Origin: an uncultured Eubacteriales bacterium
GTDB taxonomy: Bacteria > Bacillota > Clostridia > Christensenellales > Aristaeellaceae
DNA: 26,133 bases
Direction: 5' to 3'
NCBI GenBank assembly: GCA_944353735.1
Contig: CALVPU010000215.1
Location: 1-26,133, forward strand
The notes beneath the pieces were generated by a model, which searched no databases, was not told where the DNA came from, and was given only the letters and a program-made list of their open reading frames with translations. Made by a program: the position numbers and the translations under genes. Numbering within the stretch: position 1 is the first letter of the stretch; each line of letters opens with the position of its first letter. Shown here piece by piece: positions 7,614 to 16,874 of the stretch.

Positions 7614-7763
7614 ATGCACGCGCCGGGCATGGCGCGAAATGTGCAGCGCGCACGGCAATGTGAGCGCAAAGCGCAGCTGCGCCGGTTCGTTGCATGGTTC
7701 TTCTTCCTCGCTGGCTGGCTCCTTGTATGGCAGCTTGTGGTCATTTTTGCGGGCACGCTTTAA
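7614..7763 (+). CDS. Possible small single-pass membrane protein (49 aa)
   Basis: GGAG lies 8 nt before ATG 7614. The product MHAPGMARNVQRARQCERKAQLRRFVAWFFFLAGWLLVWQLVVIFAGTL has a basic stretch then a ~22-residue hydrophobic helix. No family recognised. Confidence 0.3.
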   Translation: MHAPGMARNVQRARQCERKAQLRRFVAWFFFLAGWLLVWQLVVIFAGTL

Positions 7764-7828
7764 TGACGGGCAAGGCCGCCCCAAGAAGGGCGAAGAAGCG
7801 TTTCCCGGAGAGTGCCATGACAAGCGCG

Positions 7829-8689
7829 CTATTCGCCCTGTGCGCCGCTTTCGTATAGGTCTTCCGAAACGTGGCGTTGTTTGCGCAGTTCGATGTCGAT
7901 GAGGCTTTTATACATGGAAGGGGTGCGAGAAGTGATCTTCTTGAACACGGTGGCGAAATAGGCGGGCGACGCGTAGCCCAGCGCAGTGGCGACTTCCGTA
8001 ATCGAATAGTCCTGCGCGATCATCCGCTTGGCGAAGGCAATTTTGCGCCAATTTATGTAGTACATCGGCGTGACGCCGCTTTGGAGCACGAAGGTTCTTT
8101 TGAAATGCGAGAGCGAGCACTTGCTCAGCGCCGCCAGGTCCTGCAGGCAGATTTCCTCGGTAATGTGATCGTTGATGTATCGGAAGGCGATGTCGATGTT
8201 CGGCGCGCGCTGCGGCGACGCGCTTTCGATGAGGTCTTCAAGTGAGAACAGAAAGCGAATCAGTTCTCCCTGACCGCGCAGCCGCAAACGGGGCTGGCTC
8301 GTGGTGCAGAAGCGCAGCGCGTCAGTCAAAATTTCCGCGAGAAGCGCGTTCCCATGATAGCGATACGCGTTCAGGGACAGCAGGTAGGCGCGAATCGACC
8401 TGGCTGTGGAAGGCGACAAACCCAGCAGCGGATGTTCCTCGCCGGAAGCGATCTTCAATTGAAAATAGGTGTGCTTGTACTGCGGATGATTTCCGGTCGA
8501 ATACCGCGCGCGGGGCGGAATGACCAGCAGATCTCCACCGCTGAAGGAGAGCTCCGTCTGATCGACGCGGTAAATTTGAATCCCCTTGGTGATCAGGCGC
8601 AATTCAATGCAGTCTTCGTTGCGCTGCCGGGGAAGCGGATTTGTTGAATGCTCGATGCACATCTGACCAAATGCCTTGACGCCTTCCAT
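7829..8689 (-). CDS. AraC/XylS-family transcriptional regulator
   Basis: Cupin-like N-terminus (IELRLITKG...GDLLVIPP) and C-terminal double HTH (LQDLAALSKCSLSHFKRTF; SITEVATALGYASPAYFATVFKK). The start is either ATG 8689 or TTG 8734. Divergent from the ABC operon. Confidence 0.92.
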   Translation of the reverse strand: MEGVKAFGQMCIEHSTNPLPRQRNEDCIELRLITKGIQIYRVDQTELSFSGGDLLVIPPRARYSTGNHPQYKHTYFQLKIASGEEHPLLGLSPSTARSIRAYLLSLNAYRYHGNALLAEILTDALRFCTTSQPRLRLRGQGELIRFLFSLEDLIESASPQRAPNIDIAFRYINDHITEEICLQDLAALSKCSLSHFKRTFVLQSGVTPMYYINWRKIAFAKRMIAQDYSITEVATALGYASPAYFATVFKKITSRTPSMYKSLIDIELRKQRHVSEDLYESGAQGE

Positions 8690-8904
8690 CGTTTTGCCCC
8701 ATTTCTCATTGTAAATTTGCGCAGAGGATTTCAAAATAATATTCCATACGAATATGGATGCCGGGAGGGGGAAACTGTGCTAGTATAACAGCAGAGAGCC
8801 CCTTAAAGCGAGGAACATTTCCTCATCAATACCATCATACCTTGCGGCGGGGGAGAAGTACAACCATCCTTTTGAAAAATGCGCGCAAATAGGAGGGACA
8901 TGCC

Positions 8905-9837
8905 ATGACGATGCACTGGAAAAAGATGCGGGAACTCAGCCGATCGCGGAGCGATGGATGGCAACTGTACACGTTGATGATTCCCGCCGCGGTTCTGGTA
9001 ATCCTATTTAGCTATATTCCGCTTTACGGAGTTATCATCGCGTTTCAAGACTACAAGCTCGGCGATCCATTTCCTGCGGTGAGCGGTGTCGAATGGGTAG
9101 GGTTCAAGCACTTTCTAAGCTACATAGAGAGCAAGTTCTTTGCCCGCACGATGATCAACACCATTCGGCTAAGCCTGATGAATCTCCTCTTCGGGTTTAC
9201 GACGCCGATCATCTTCGCGCTTCTCCTGAACGAAGTCCGCAATGCGCGGTACAAGAAATTCGTTCAGACCGTGAGCTATCTCCCTTATTTTATCTCCATG
9301 GTCGTCGTCGCCGGCATGGTCCTTTCGTTTCTGGAAATCAACGGCCTGATCAACAACCTCCTTTCACTGTTTGGCGTATCGCCCCGGGAATACATCATCT
9401 ATCCGGAATGCTATCCGTGGATTTACACGTTTACGAATGTGTGGAAGAGCTTCGGATTCGCCTCCATCCTCTATTTTTCGACGATTTCGGGGATCGATCC
9501 CGCGCTGTATGAATCGGCGCGAATCGACGGCGCGAATCGCTGGCAGCAGATGCTCCACATCACGCTGCCGAGCATCCTGTACATCATCGCGGTGCAGCTG
9601 GTCATGCAGATGGGACAGATTCTGAACACCAACACGGATCTCGCGCTGCTGCTGTATCGGTCCTCGACCTATTCGACCTCGGACACGATTGGCACCTATA
9701 TCTACCGCATCGGAATTCAGGGCGGGAAATACAGCTATACAGCTGCCGTAGGACTGTTCATGTCCGTGATTGGCTTTGCGCTGACGTTCATCACAAACAG
9801 GATCAGCAACCGGCTTACGGGCTACGGACTTTGGTAA
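8905..9837 (+). CDS. Carbohydrate (CUT1) ABC transporter permease, LplB/YteP-like
   Basis: WVGFKHF, QTVSYLPYFIS and EAA loop LYESARIDGANRWQQMLHITLP; GGAGG RBS. Confidence 0.93.
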   Translation: MTMHWKKMRELSRSRSDGWQLYTLMIPAAVLVILFSYIPLYGVIIAFQDYKLGDPFPAVSGVEWVGFKHFLSYIESKFFARTMINTIRLSLMNLLFGFTTPIIFALLLNEVRNARYKKFVQTVSYLPYFISMVVVAGMVLSFLEINGLINNLLSLFGVSPREYIIYPECYPWIYTFTNVWKSFGFASILYFSTISGIDPALYESARIDGANRWQQMLHITLPSILYIIAVQLVMQMGQILNTNTDLALLLYRSSTYSTSDTIGTYIYRIGIQGGKYSYTAAVGLFMSVIGFALTFITNRISNRLTGYGLW

Positions 9838-9849
9838 GGAAGGGTCGAT

Positions 9850-10755
9850 ATGAAGAAAAATCGAAACGCCATTCGCGAAGGCAGCCGGTTCGCGGACGCT
9901 GCGATCTACTTCATCGCCGCTATCGTCGCGTTTATCACGCTGTATCCGCTGTACTATGTGCTCATCCTGTCGCTCAGCGAGCCGGAAATTGCGGCGACCA
10001 TGCGGGTGTACTGGTTTCCCAAGGGGCTGTACTGGGGCGGGTATGAGAAGATCTTTGAAGATGTGCGGCTGTGGATATCTTATCGCAATACGCTGATCTA
10101 CGCCGGCGTCGAGGCGGTTGGCATGCTCTTTACCTGCTGCACGTTCGCGTATGCGCTCTCGTGGAAGAAGCTCCGCGGACGCTCGTGGATCAACGCCTTT
10201 ATCCTAATCCCGATGTACTTTTCGGGCGGAATCATCCCGCTGTTCCTGCTGATGATCAACTTTGGCCTGTACAACACTCCGTGGGCGTTGATCCTCCCGG
10301 GATGCTACTCGATCTGGTACATCATCTTGGTGCGCTCCTACTTTTCCTCGATTCCGGAAACGCTTCGGGAAGCGGCGCGAATCGACGGCGCCAACCACTA
10401 TCAGACGCTTTGGAGCATCTATCTTCCGATCTCGAAGCCGATTCTGGCGGTGATCGCGCTGTATACCATCGTCGGCGTCTGGAACAGCTGGTATCATCCC
10501 GCGCTGTTTTTGACGGACACAAACTTGCAGCCGCTGCAGCTCTATCTGCGCCGCGTGCTGGTGGAACAGACGATTTCGTTCACGGAAGACTTCGCTTCCG
10601 CGGAAATGCTGGTCGCGTATCAGGAAGAAAAGATCTCCAATAACCAGCTCAAGTACACGGTCATTATCGTATCCACGCTGCCCATGATCGTGGCGTATCC
10701 CTTCTTCCAGAGATACTTTATCAAGGGCGTTATGCTGGGCTCCTTGAAGGAATGA
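9850..10755 (+). CDS. Carbohydrate (CUT1) ABC transporter permease, LplC/YtcP-like
   Basis: MYFSGGIIP, EAA loop LREAARIDGANHYQTL, WNSWY, and YPFFQRYFIKGVMLGSLKE terminus. Confidence 0.93.
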   Translation: MKKNRNAIREGSRFADAAIYFIAAIVAFITLYPLYYVLILSLSEPEIAATMRVYWFPKGLYWGGYEKIFEDVRLWISYRNTLIYAGVEAVGMLFTCCTFAYALSWKKLRGRSWINAFILIPMYFSGGIIPLFLLMINFGLYNTPWALILPGCYSIWYIILVRSYFSSIPETLREAARIDGANHYQTLWSIYLPISKPILAVIALYTIVGVWNSWYHPALFLTDTNLQPLQLYLRRVLVEQTISFTEDFASAEMLVAYQEEKISNNQLKYTVIIVSTLPMIVAYPFFQRYFIKGVMLGSLKE

Positions 10756-10820
10756 TGCGGTTTTTATGGGACGGAGGCTTCCGAACCCGTAGAATAAATC
10801 TTGATTTGGAGGGAAACAAA

Positions 10821-12530
10821 ATGAAGAGAATCATGGCACTTTTCCTGACCGCACTGATGATTCTGGCAATGTCGCCGATCAGCACGCTCGCAGAGGACGC
10901 AGACCTGAGAACCATAAACATCCTCGCCATCTACCCCACGACCGGATTGACGCCGGAAGAGGCCCGCGAGATGCCCATGTGGGCGGACTTTGAAGCGCTG
11001 TGGGCGGAAAAGGGCATCAAGCTCGAGCTCGAATACGTCGACAGCGATCAGTACGCCACGGTGCTGCAGGCGCGCATTGCGGCAAACGATATGCCCGACG
11101 TATTCCGGGTCAACCCGCTGGGCGAGGCGACCATGATGAGCCTCATCGAATCCGGCAAAATTCTGGCCGCAGATGACGTCTTGCAGTATTCGGACGGCAC
11201 GGCTTCGTACGCCCTGAGCGAGGAGGGTTACCTGTACCCCATTCGCCAGAAGAACACGATGGAGGATGGCAAGCTCTGGTACTTCACAAACGGCTCCATG
11301 CTGCCCTCCGTTGACAGCACGGATGACAACTTCGGCTACAACGCCGTTACCAGCAATACCTATTCCATGAAGGTTCGCAAGGACTGGCTGGACGAGCTCG
11401 GCATGGAAGCGCCCACGACGCTGGACGAGTTCTTCGATATGCTGGTGGCGTTTCAGGAAAACGACATGAATGGAAACGGCGTAAAGGACGAGCGCATGGT
11501 CATCTGCACGACCACTTGCGATTTGCAGTGGGGCGGCCTGTTTGACAACGGCGTTGCCGGCTGGTTTGGTCTGGCGCCCTATGTCTTCCAGCTCAACCGC
11601 GTGACGTGGAAGGCCGAGGTTCCCTTCCTTCAGGAAGGCTTCATCCCCTATGTGGAATTCCTGAAGAAGTGCGTGGACGCGGGCGTCCTCTACCTCTCCG
11701 ACAGCGTCGGGAAAAACGATTCCAACACCACGATGCTCATGGCGCAGAACGTCGTCTCCGCGTACTTCATGCGCGCCGACGTCGATGACGCGGCCACTCC
11801 GGAAGGAGCCGTCTACCAGACGCTGGGCCCGATCGTCGGCGTAGAAGGCATCGAACCGGTCATGGACGGCAGCCGCGGCTGGAAATCGTTTGAAAGCTAT
11901 GGCTTCCGCGCGGACATGGATCCGCAGCTCGCGGCCGATTATCTGGACGTCGTTTACAGCATCGAATGGAGCGAGTTCTTCAGCTTCGGCGTCGAAGGCA
12001 AGTCCTACGAAATCCTCGACAACGGCCTCTATGATTTCTACGCGCCGACCGACAAGGAGGAGTACAAGGAGCTCGGCTATACCACTTGCTACAATCTCCT
12101 TGGCGACGGCAACGTGACGCGCACCTCTTTGGAGGCCTACTATCAGACCTTCAACGGCGAGAGCCTGATCTGGGACAGCTACGAGGATTTCGTCAATTCG
12201 GACTACTTCAACGAATTCTACACGGCGGATTTCTCCGAGACCACCATTGAGAACATCAAGACGTGGTGCAAGATGGCGGACACGCTCCAGAAGTACAACA
12301 TGAACGGTGACCTCGACATGATCGCCCCGATAGTCACCGCGGAAGAAGCGGAGATCCTGGATATGTACAACACGGATCTGTTCACCTACATGGACGAGCT
12401 CTTCGCCAATTTGCTCAGCGGCGTGTGGTCCACCGAGGATTACGACCTCTACGTCGAGGAGCTCTACAACTACGGCCTGCAGGAAGTCTTGGATGTGCAT
12501 CAGGCCCGGTACGATCGCATCGTTCGCTAA
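10821..12530 (+). CDS. Extracellular solute-binding protein of the ABC transporter (LplA-like)
   Basis: Start at ATG 10821 behind GGAGG; signal peptide; motifs VRKDWLDELGMEAPTTLDEFFDMLVAFQENDMNGNG and FGVEGKSYE; typical acidic helical C-terminus. Confidence 0.9.
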   Translation: MKRIMALFLTALMILAMSPISTLAEDADLRTINILAIYPTTGLTPEEAREMPMWADFEALWAEKGIKLELEYVDSDQYATVLQARIAANDMPDVFRVNPLGEATMMSLIESGKILAADDVLQYSDGTASYALSEEGYLYPIRQKNTMEDGKLWYFTNGSMLPSVDSTDDNFGYNAVTSNTYSMKVRKDWLDELGMEAPTTLDEFFDMLVAFQENDMNGNGVKDERMVICTTTCDLQWGGLFDNGVAGWFGLAPYVFQLNRVTWKAEVPFLQEGFIPYVEFLKKCVDAGVLYLSDSVGKNDSNTTMLMAQNVVSAYFMRADVDDAATPEGAVYQTLGPIVGVEGIEPVMDGSRGWKSFESYGFRADMDPQLAADYLDVVYSIEWSEFFSFGVEGKSYEILDNGLYDFYAPTDKEEYKELGYTTCYNLLGDGNVTRTSLEAYYQTFNGESLIWDSYEDFVNSDYFNEFYTADFSETTIENIKTWCKMADTLQKYNMNGDLDMIAPIVTAEEAEILDMYNTDLFTYMDELFANLLSGVWSTEDYDLYVEELYNYGLQEVLDVHQARYDRIVR

Positions 12531-12593
12531 ATCAATGTGCGCCGGGGCCAGTTTCCCATCGCTGACCCCGGCTTCCGCAAGAAAGGGATCAAT

Positions 12594-13376
12594 ATGAAAA
12601 AGTGCGTAACCGTATGGAACTACCCCGGCGATCGGGTGGAAAACGCCTATCGCTTTCGCGAGCTCGGCTTCGACGCCATCAGCTGGCTCGGCTCTGAATT
12701 CGCGGCCTTGACCCCGGAGGACGACGAGCGCGTCGTCGCCATGCTGAAAACCACGGGAATGCAGTTTACCGTCCATTCCCGCCTGCCGGATCCTCAAAAG
12801 CCCGAGGACTGCGAAGCGTTTCGCAGGGAAATCCGCCGGGTTGCGGCGTGGCAGCAGAAGTACGGGCTTCTCTACAGCTACACGTTTGACTTCTGGACGG
12901 ACGAGCAGACGACGCTGCCCTACCTCGGCGAAGCGCTCGCGACGCTTCGGGGGATGAACATCGTCATGGCGTGCGAGGACATTCCGCTGAGCAAGTCACA
13001 GTTCCGAGAGTTCGAGAAATACGTTCATCCCCGGGACAAGTTCGGCATCCTGATGGATATTGGGCACATGAACATCCGTCAGAGATGTATGGAGTTGATC
13101 GAGCCGGAGGACTTTGTCGCTTCCTTTGAGGCGCTTCAACTGCCGATCATCGAGGTGCATCTGCACGACAACAAGAGCTTTGCGGACGAGCACATGTACC
13201 TGGGCTATGGGACAGTGCCGCTCAAGGCGGTCGTCACGGGGCTGAAGAAGAAGCGGTTTGATGGATTCGCGACCGTTGAAATTATCCAGCGGGACTGGAG
13301 CGCGGATCAGACCTTCCAGTACGCCGTGGACAGCCGGGATATGTTTCTGCGCTGCTGGGAGGAGACGACGATCTAG
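12594..13376 (+). CDS. Xylose-isomerase-like TIM-barrel protein (sugar phosphate isomerase/epimerase, AP_endonuc_2 family)
   Basis: Metal-ligand pattern MACED...MDIGH...VHLHDN...HMYLG.G...TVE. Confidence 0.85.
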   Translation: MKKCVTVWNYPGDRVENAYRFRELGFDAISWLGSEFAALTPEDDERVVAMLKTTGMQFTVHSRLPDPQKPEDCEAFRREIRRVAAWQQKYGLLYSYTFDFWTDEQTTLPYLGEALATLRGMNIVMACEDIPLSKSQFREFEKYVHPRDKFGILMDIGHMNIRQRCMELIEPEDFVASFEALQLPIIEVHLHDNKSFADEHMYLGYGTVPLKAVVTGLKKKRFDGFATVEIIQRDWSADQTFQYAVDSRDMFLRCWEETTI

Positions 13377-13461
13377 AACGGCGTTCGCCTTTCTGACGCG
13401 AGCCGAAAAAAGCGCCGTTTCCCCGGCGAAGGGGCGGACGCGCGACAACGGGGGACAGACG

Positions 13462-14277
13462 ATGATCATTGACCACGACTTTCACATTCACACCACGCTG
13501 AGCCTGTGTGCACACGACGACACGGCGACGGTCGAAAACTACGTCCGGCGGGCGAAGGATCTGGGACTGCGCAAGCTTGGTTTTTCCAACCACATGTGGG
13601 ACAGCAGCGCCCGCCCCGCGTCGGGCAACTTCTACGAAGTGCAGGATTACGCGCACGTCGCTCAGCTTCGCAGCGAAATTGACCGCTGCAGCGCGGAGAG
13701 CGGCGTCGACCTCTATTTCGGCTGCGAGGTGGAATACGATCCCATCCGCAGGGACATCGCGCTCACGGAGCGCACCGCGCAGGCGTTCGACTACATCCTC
13801 GTGCCAAATTCTCACACGCACATGATGATGCCCGAGGAGTACTACGAACCCAAGGCAAGGCATGCCCAGTTCATGTTCGATGCGTTTATGGATATCGTGA
13901 CGAGCCCGCTTGCGAAATACGTCACGGCGGTGGCGCACCCGTTTTCCGCCGTGTGCTGCCCGTATGACCGAAGGCTTCTCTATCCATTGATTTCAGAAAA
14001 ACAGTACCGCGAGGCGTTTGTGTGCGCGCGGGAGCACGATATCGCGATTGAGCTGAATATTTCCGGCTACACGGAATATGGGATTCGGGAAATCGTGCAG
14101 GACCCGACCATTCGCATGTTCCGCATCGCGAAGGAGTGTGGCTGCAAGTTCATTTTCGGGTCGGACGCGCATTCCGCCGCTGCGGGCGAGACGCACGATT
14201 TTTGGTGGATCGCCTACATCCTGGCAGAACTGCTTGAACTGAAGGAAGCGGACATGACCGAAATCGTCCGCCGGTGA
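13462..14277 (+). CDS. PHP-domain phosphoesterase (histidinol-phosphatase-like)
   Basis: DFHIHT, GFSNH, GCEVE, VAHP, IELN and FGSDAH motifs; start at ATG 13462 behind a GGGGG RBS. Confidence 0.88.
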   Translation: MIIDHDFHIHTTLSLCAHDDTATVENYVRRAKDLGLRKLGFSNHMWDSSARPASGNFYEVQDYAHVAQLRSEIDRCSAESGVDLYFGCEVEYDPIRRDIALTERTAQAFDYILVPNSHTHMMMPEEYYEPKARHAQFMFDAFMDIVTSPLAKYVTAVAHPFSAVCCPYDRRLLYPLISEKQYREAFVCAREHDIAIELNISGYTEYGIREIVQDPTIRMFRIAKECGCKFIFGSDAHSAAAGETHDFWWIAYILAELLELKEADMTEIVRR

Positions 14278-14561
14278 ACAGGGCGGCGAAACAGGCACGC
14301 GATGACGCCAGAGAACAGGTCCGGACAAATTTGCCCGGAGCGTTGACCTCCGCCCCTGCGTTTGCGCACAAACGCAGGGGTCCGTCGATGTCTGCCTGAC
14401 CTTCGCGGCGTGTACCCGGCGCAGAGATCAAATGCGCGGGGATGGGCGTTATGATCTGCTGGCACAGCTTCAGCTGATGCTGGGCGGCGGCATGAGGAAA
14501 GAAGCGGCGCGGTCCCTGTTCCCCGGTGATTGACTTAACCGCGCCATCGGGTGCGCAAGGG

Positions 14562-14604
14562 CAGAAGAAGTGCGCCGGTAAAAATGACCGGCGCACTTCT
14601 TCTG
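14562..14604. terminator. Strong hairpin, probable bidirectional terminator
   Basis: 18-bp perfect stem CAGAAGAAGTGCGCCGGT / ACCGGCGCACTTCTTCTG between convergent genes. Confidence 0.8.
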
Positions 14605-14629
14605 TTTGGTGGTCGTGCCCAAACACGCT

Positions 14630-16606
14630 TCAATCGGTCAAGACCGCATAGGTCGAGGATACCCAGCGCGCCTGACCGTCGTAGGCGACCTTATACCAGT
14701 CCACGCCGCGCTCGTCTGTGGAGGTTTCGCCCAGATAGTCGAGGCGGCTGCCCCTGGGCGCGACGCCGGTGGAGTCATAGGTCAGCCCGGGACCGGTGCG
14801 GACGTTGACGTCTCCCGTGGCTGAGACGCTTATTCCGGGCGCGGCGGTGTCTTTCGGGTTCTGCGCGGCGAGACCCGCCGCCGGCGCGATGGCGGTCAGC
14901 TCGTCGTTTTCCAGCGCGCCCATGCCGGATTGCTCCATGAGCGTGGGCAGCTCGTTCCGGTTTTCCGCTACGCAGAGCGTTTCCGCGCCGGGCAGGCTGG
15001 CGGAGACGTATTCGCGGGAAGACTGTCCGTCGCGGGAGGTTATGGAAGCGATCCGATCGAAGCGCAGACCCGCGGCGGACAGCGCGCGCTCCAGCGCGGC
15101 GCGGTATTCGTCCTCCACGTCCCGCCACGAGGCGCAGCCTTCGCGGCAGAAGAGCTCGGCGTCCGTCTGACCGTCGTACAGGCCCACCGCGCTGGTATAG
15201 CCGGGATCGTAGGCGCTCTGGACAAGGGACGGGATGCCGTCACTCAGGCGATAGAGGCTGTAGCGGACGCCGGCGCCGTCCAGCATCGTCGCCAGCTCAC
15301 AGTAGATATCCCCGCTTTCCAGCGCATAGGCGGCGAAGCGCTCGCCGGTGAGCGTGTCGCCGACCGTCCCCACGACGATGTCCGCCAACACGCCGCCCGT
15401 GGCGTCCACGCTGCGCATGTGTATTTCCGTGCAGGGAAATCCCCATTCGTCCGCTGCCGGCAGGCCGTAGAACTGCACCTGCGCCGCCCGCACGGTCACT
15501 TCGCAGGTGTCCGCGCTGCCGATGCACGGCTGACCGAACGCGTCGCACAGGTAAGCGGTCACGGTCGCCTTGCCCGCACCGGCGGGCGTCAGCCGACCGC
15601 TGCCGTCCACGGTGACGACCGCCGCGTCGCTGCTCTGCCAGCAGATCGCGTGCGCCGCGGCGGCGCTGGCGTCCTTCAGGGAAGCGTGGAGCTGCACCGC
15701 GTCTTCCGGTCCGGCATTCAGCCCCAGTACGACGCCGTCCTCCGCGATGTCCACGGAAGAAAACTGGAACAGGCACCAGTCCGTGCCGCTGGAGAGATAC
15801 ATCGCGGCGGCGCCGGTGTTCGCAATGCGGTCGAGCATCTCACCGGCGCTCACCTCGCCGTCGCCGTCCACGTCGTTCTCGATAAAGGCGTACAGCTCGG
15901 TCAGCTGGAGCGCGTCGTCGGCACTGTCGGCGTCATCGGCGTTCAGCGCGCCGTCCGCACTGCGCTGGATTCCCTTGGCGATGGCGTTGGTCATGGCGCC
16001 CATCCAGGCGCTGGCGTCGGATTCGGCGGCATAGACCAGCGTAAAGCGCGCCCGGTCCCCGGCGCTCAGCCGCTCGAGCCCCTCTGTCTCAAAGGTCTCG
16101 GCAAAGCAGGCGTCGATGAATACCAGAAAGTTGCCCCGATAGGCGGCGAGATCTTGCGCCAGCTCGGCATAGGGATAGCGCTCCTGCGCGCTGCACATGA
16201 CGCCGTAGGTGTCAGGCTGTCCTTCCACGCCGGCGGTGTGACCGCAGTAGTAGAACAGGTTCAGGTCGCCATCCTCGCTCTGTCCGAAGGCCTCGTCCAG
16301 CCAGTCCTCAAACGCTTCGCGCGTGCTGGACGGGAGTCCGCCGATGGACTGTTCGGAATCGTAGCTGCGCAGGAACAGGTTTTGCGGCTGGACCTCCACG
16401 CAGATCTTGTTGGCGGACAGCGCGTCATAGAGCGCCTCGCAGCCCGAAACGGGCCAATAGACGGCCTTGACCTTGGATGCGCCGCTGACGATCAGGGCGT
16501 GCATTTGGGGAAGATCCGCGTCCGGGTCGGGATAGCGGACCTGCTCCGCGTGGGCGCACGCGCACAGCAGGAGCAGTGAAAACAGAACAAGGATCGCACG
16601 CTTCAT
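14630..16606 (-). CDS. Secreted caspase-fold (clan CD, C14-like) peptidase with EF-hand loop, Ig-like (Big_2) domain and C-terminal SH3b domain
   Basis: Signal peptide MKRAILVLFSLLLLCACAHA. His/Cys dyad motifs DLNLFYYCGH and FLVFIDACF. EF-hand loop DVDGDGEVSAGE. Big_2-like WQSSDAAVVTVDGSGRLT...GKATVTA. SH3b-like VNVRTGPGLTY...WYKVAYDGQARWVSS. Confidence 0.7.
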   Translation of the reverse strand: MKRAILVLFSLLLLCACAHAEQVRYPDPDADLPQMHALIVSGASKVKAVYWPVSGCEALYDALSANKICVEVQPQNLFLRSYDSEQSIGGLPSSTREAFEDWLDEAFGQSEDGDLNLFYYCGHTAGVEGQPDTYGVMCSAQERYPYAELAQDLAAYRGNFLVFIDACFAETFETEGLERLSAGDRARFTLVYAAESDASAWMGAMTNAIAKGIQRSADGALNADDADSADDALQLTELYAFIENDVDGDGEVSAGEMLDRIANTGAAAMYLSSGTDWCLFQFSSVDIAEDGVVLGLNAGPEDAVQLHASLKDASAAAAHAICWQSSDAAVVTVDGSGRLTPAGAGKATVTAYLCDAFGQPCIGSADTCEVTVRAAQVQFYGLPAADEWGFPCTEIHMRSVDATGGVLADIVVGTVGDTLTGERFAAYALESGDIYCELATMLDGAGVRYSLYRLSDGIPSLVQSAYDPGYTSAVGLYDGQTDAELFCREGCASWRDVEDEYRAALERALSAAGLRFDRIASITSRDGQSSREYVSASLPGAETLCVAENRNELPTLMEQSGMGALENDELTAIAPAAGLAAQNPKDTAAPGISVSATGDVNVRTGPGLTYDSTGVAPRGSRLDYLGETSTDERGVDWYKVAYDGQARWVSSTYAVLTD

Positions 16607-16641
16607 GGCATTTCCACCCTCTCGAGACGATTCATGCTTGT

Positions 16642-16670
16642 ATTATAGTGCGCCAAAGTGATCGCGTCGA
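16642..16670 (-). promoter_or_regulatory. Putative sigmaA promoter of the caspase-like gene
   Basis: Minus strand TCGACG-17 nt-TATAAT. Confidence 0.55.
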
Positions 16671-16786
16671 GCGCAAAAATGCAAAAAAATAAAAGCGCGC
16701 CGATGCGATTCGCAAATGTAAGAATGGCGCCGCGCCAGTGCTGCCCGCGGACGAAAATCGCCGTCGCGCCGGTGCTGCCGAATCGC

Positions 16787-16815
16787 AAAGCCGCCCGCAC
16801 AGTTCGGGCGGCTTT
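16787..16815 (-). terminator. Intrinsic terminator after dppA
   Basis: 11-bp stem AAAGCCGCCCG / CGGGCGGCTTT. Confidence 0.7.
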
Positions 16816-16874
16816 CTACCGTTGTCAATGGCTCTGCTGCCGGCGCTGCCGGCAGCCTCTGCCGGCGCTGCGGG

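Noticed and set aside
14353-14533. 12-bp hairpin (14353-14380) and a 33-codon ORF (14432-14533) after the PHP gene
   Set aside because: The hairpin lacks a U-tract, and the ORF has no convincing RBS or recognisable family; possibly a remnant, but unsupported.
7330-14630. Integrative mobile element around the AraC-ABC module
   Set aside because: No integrase, transposase, tRNA target or flanking direct repeats were seen; only a compositional shift is supported.
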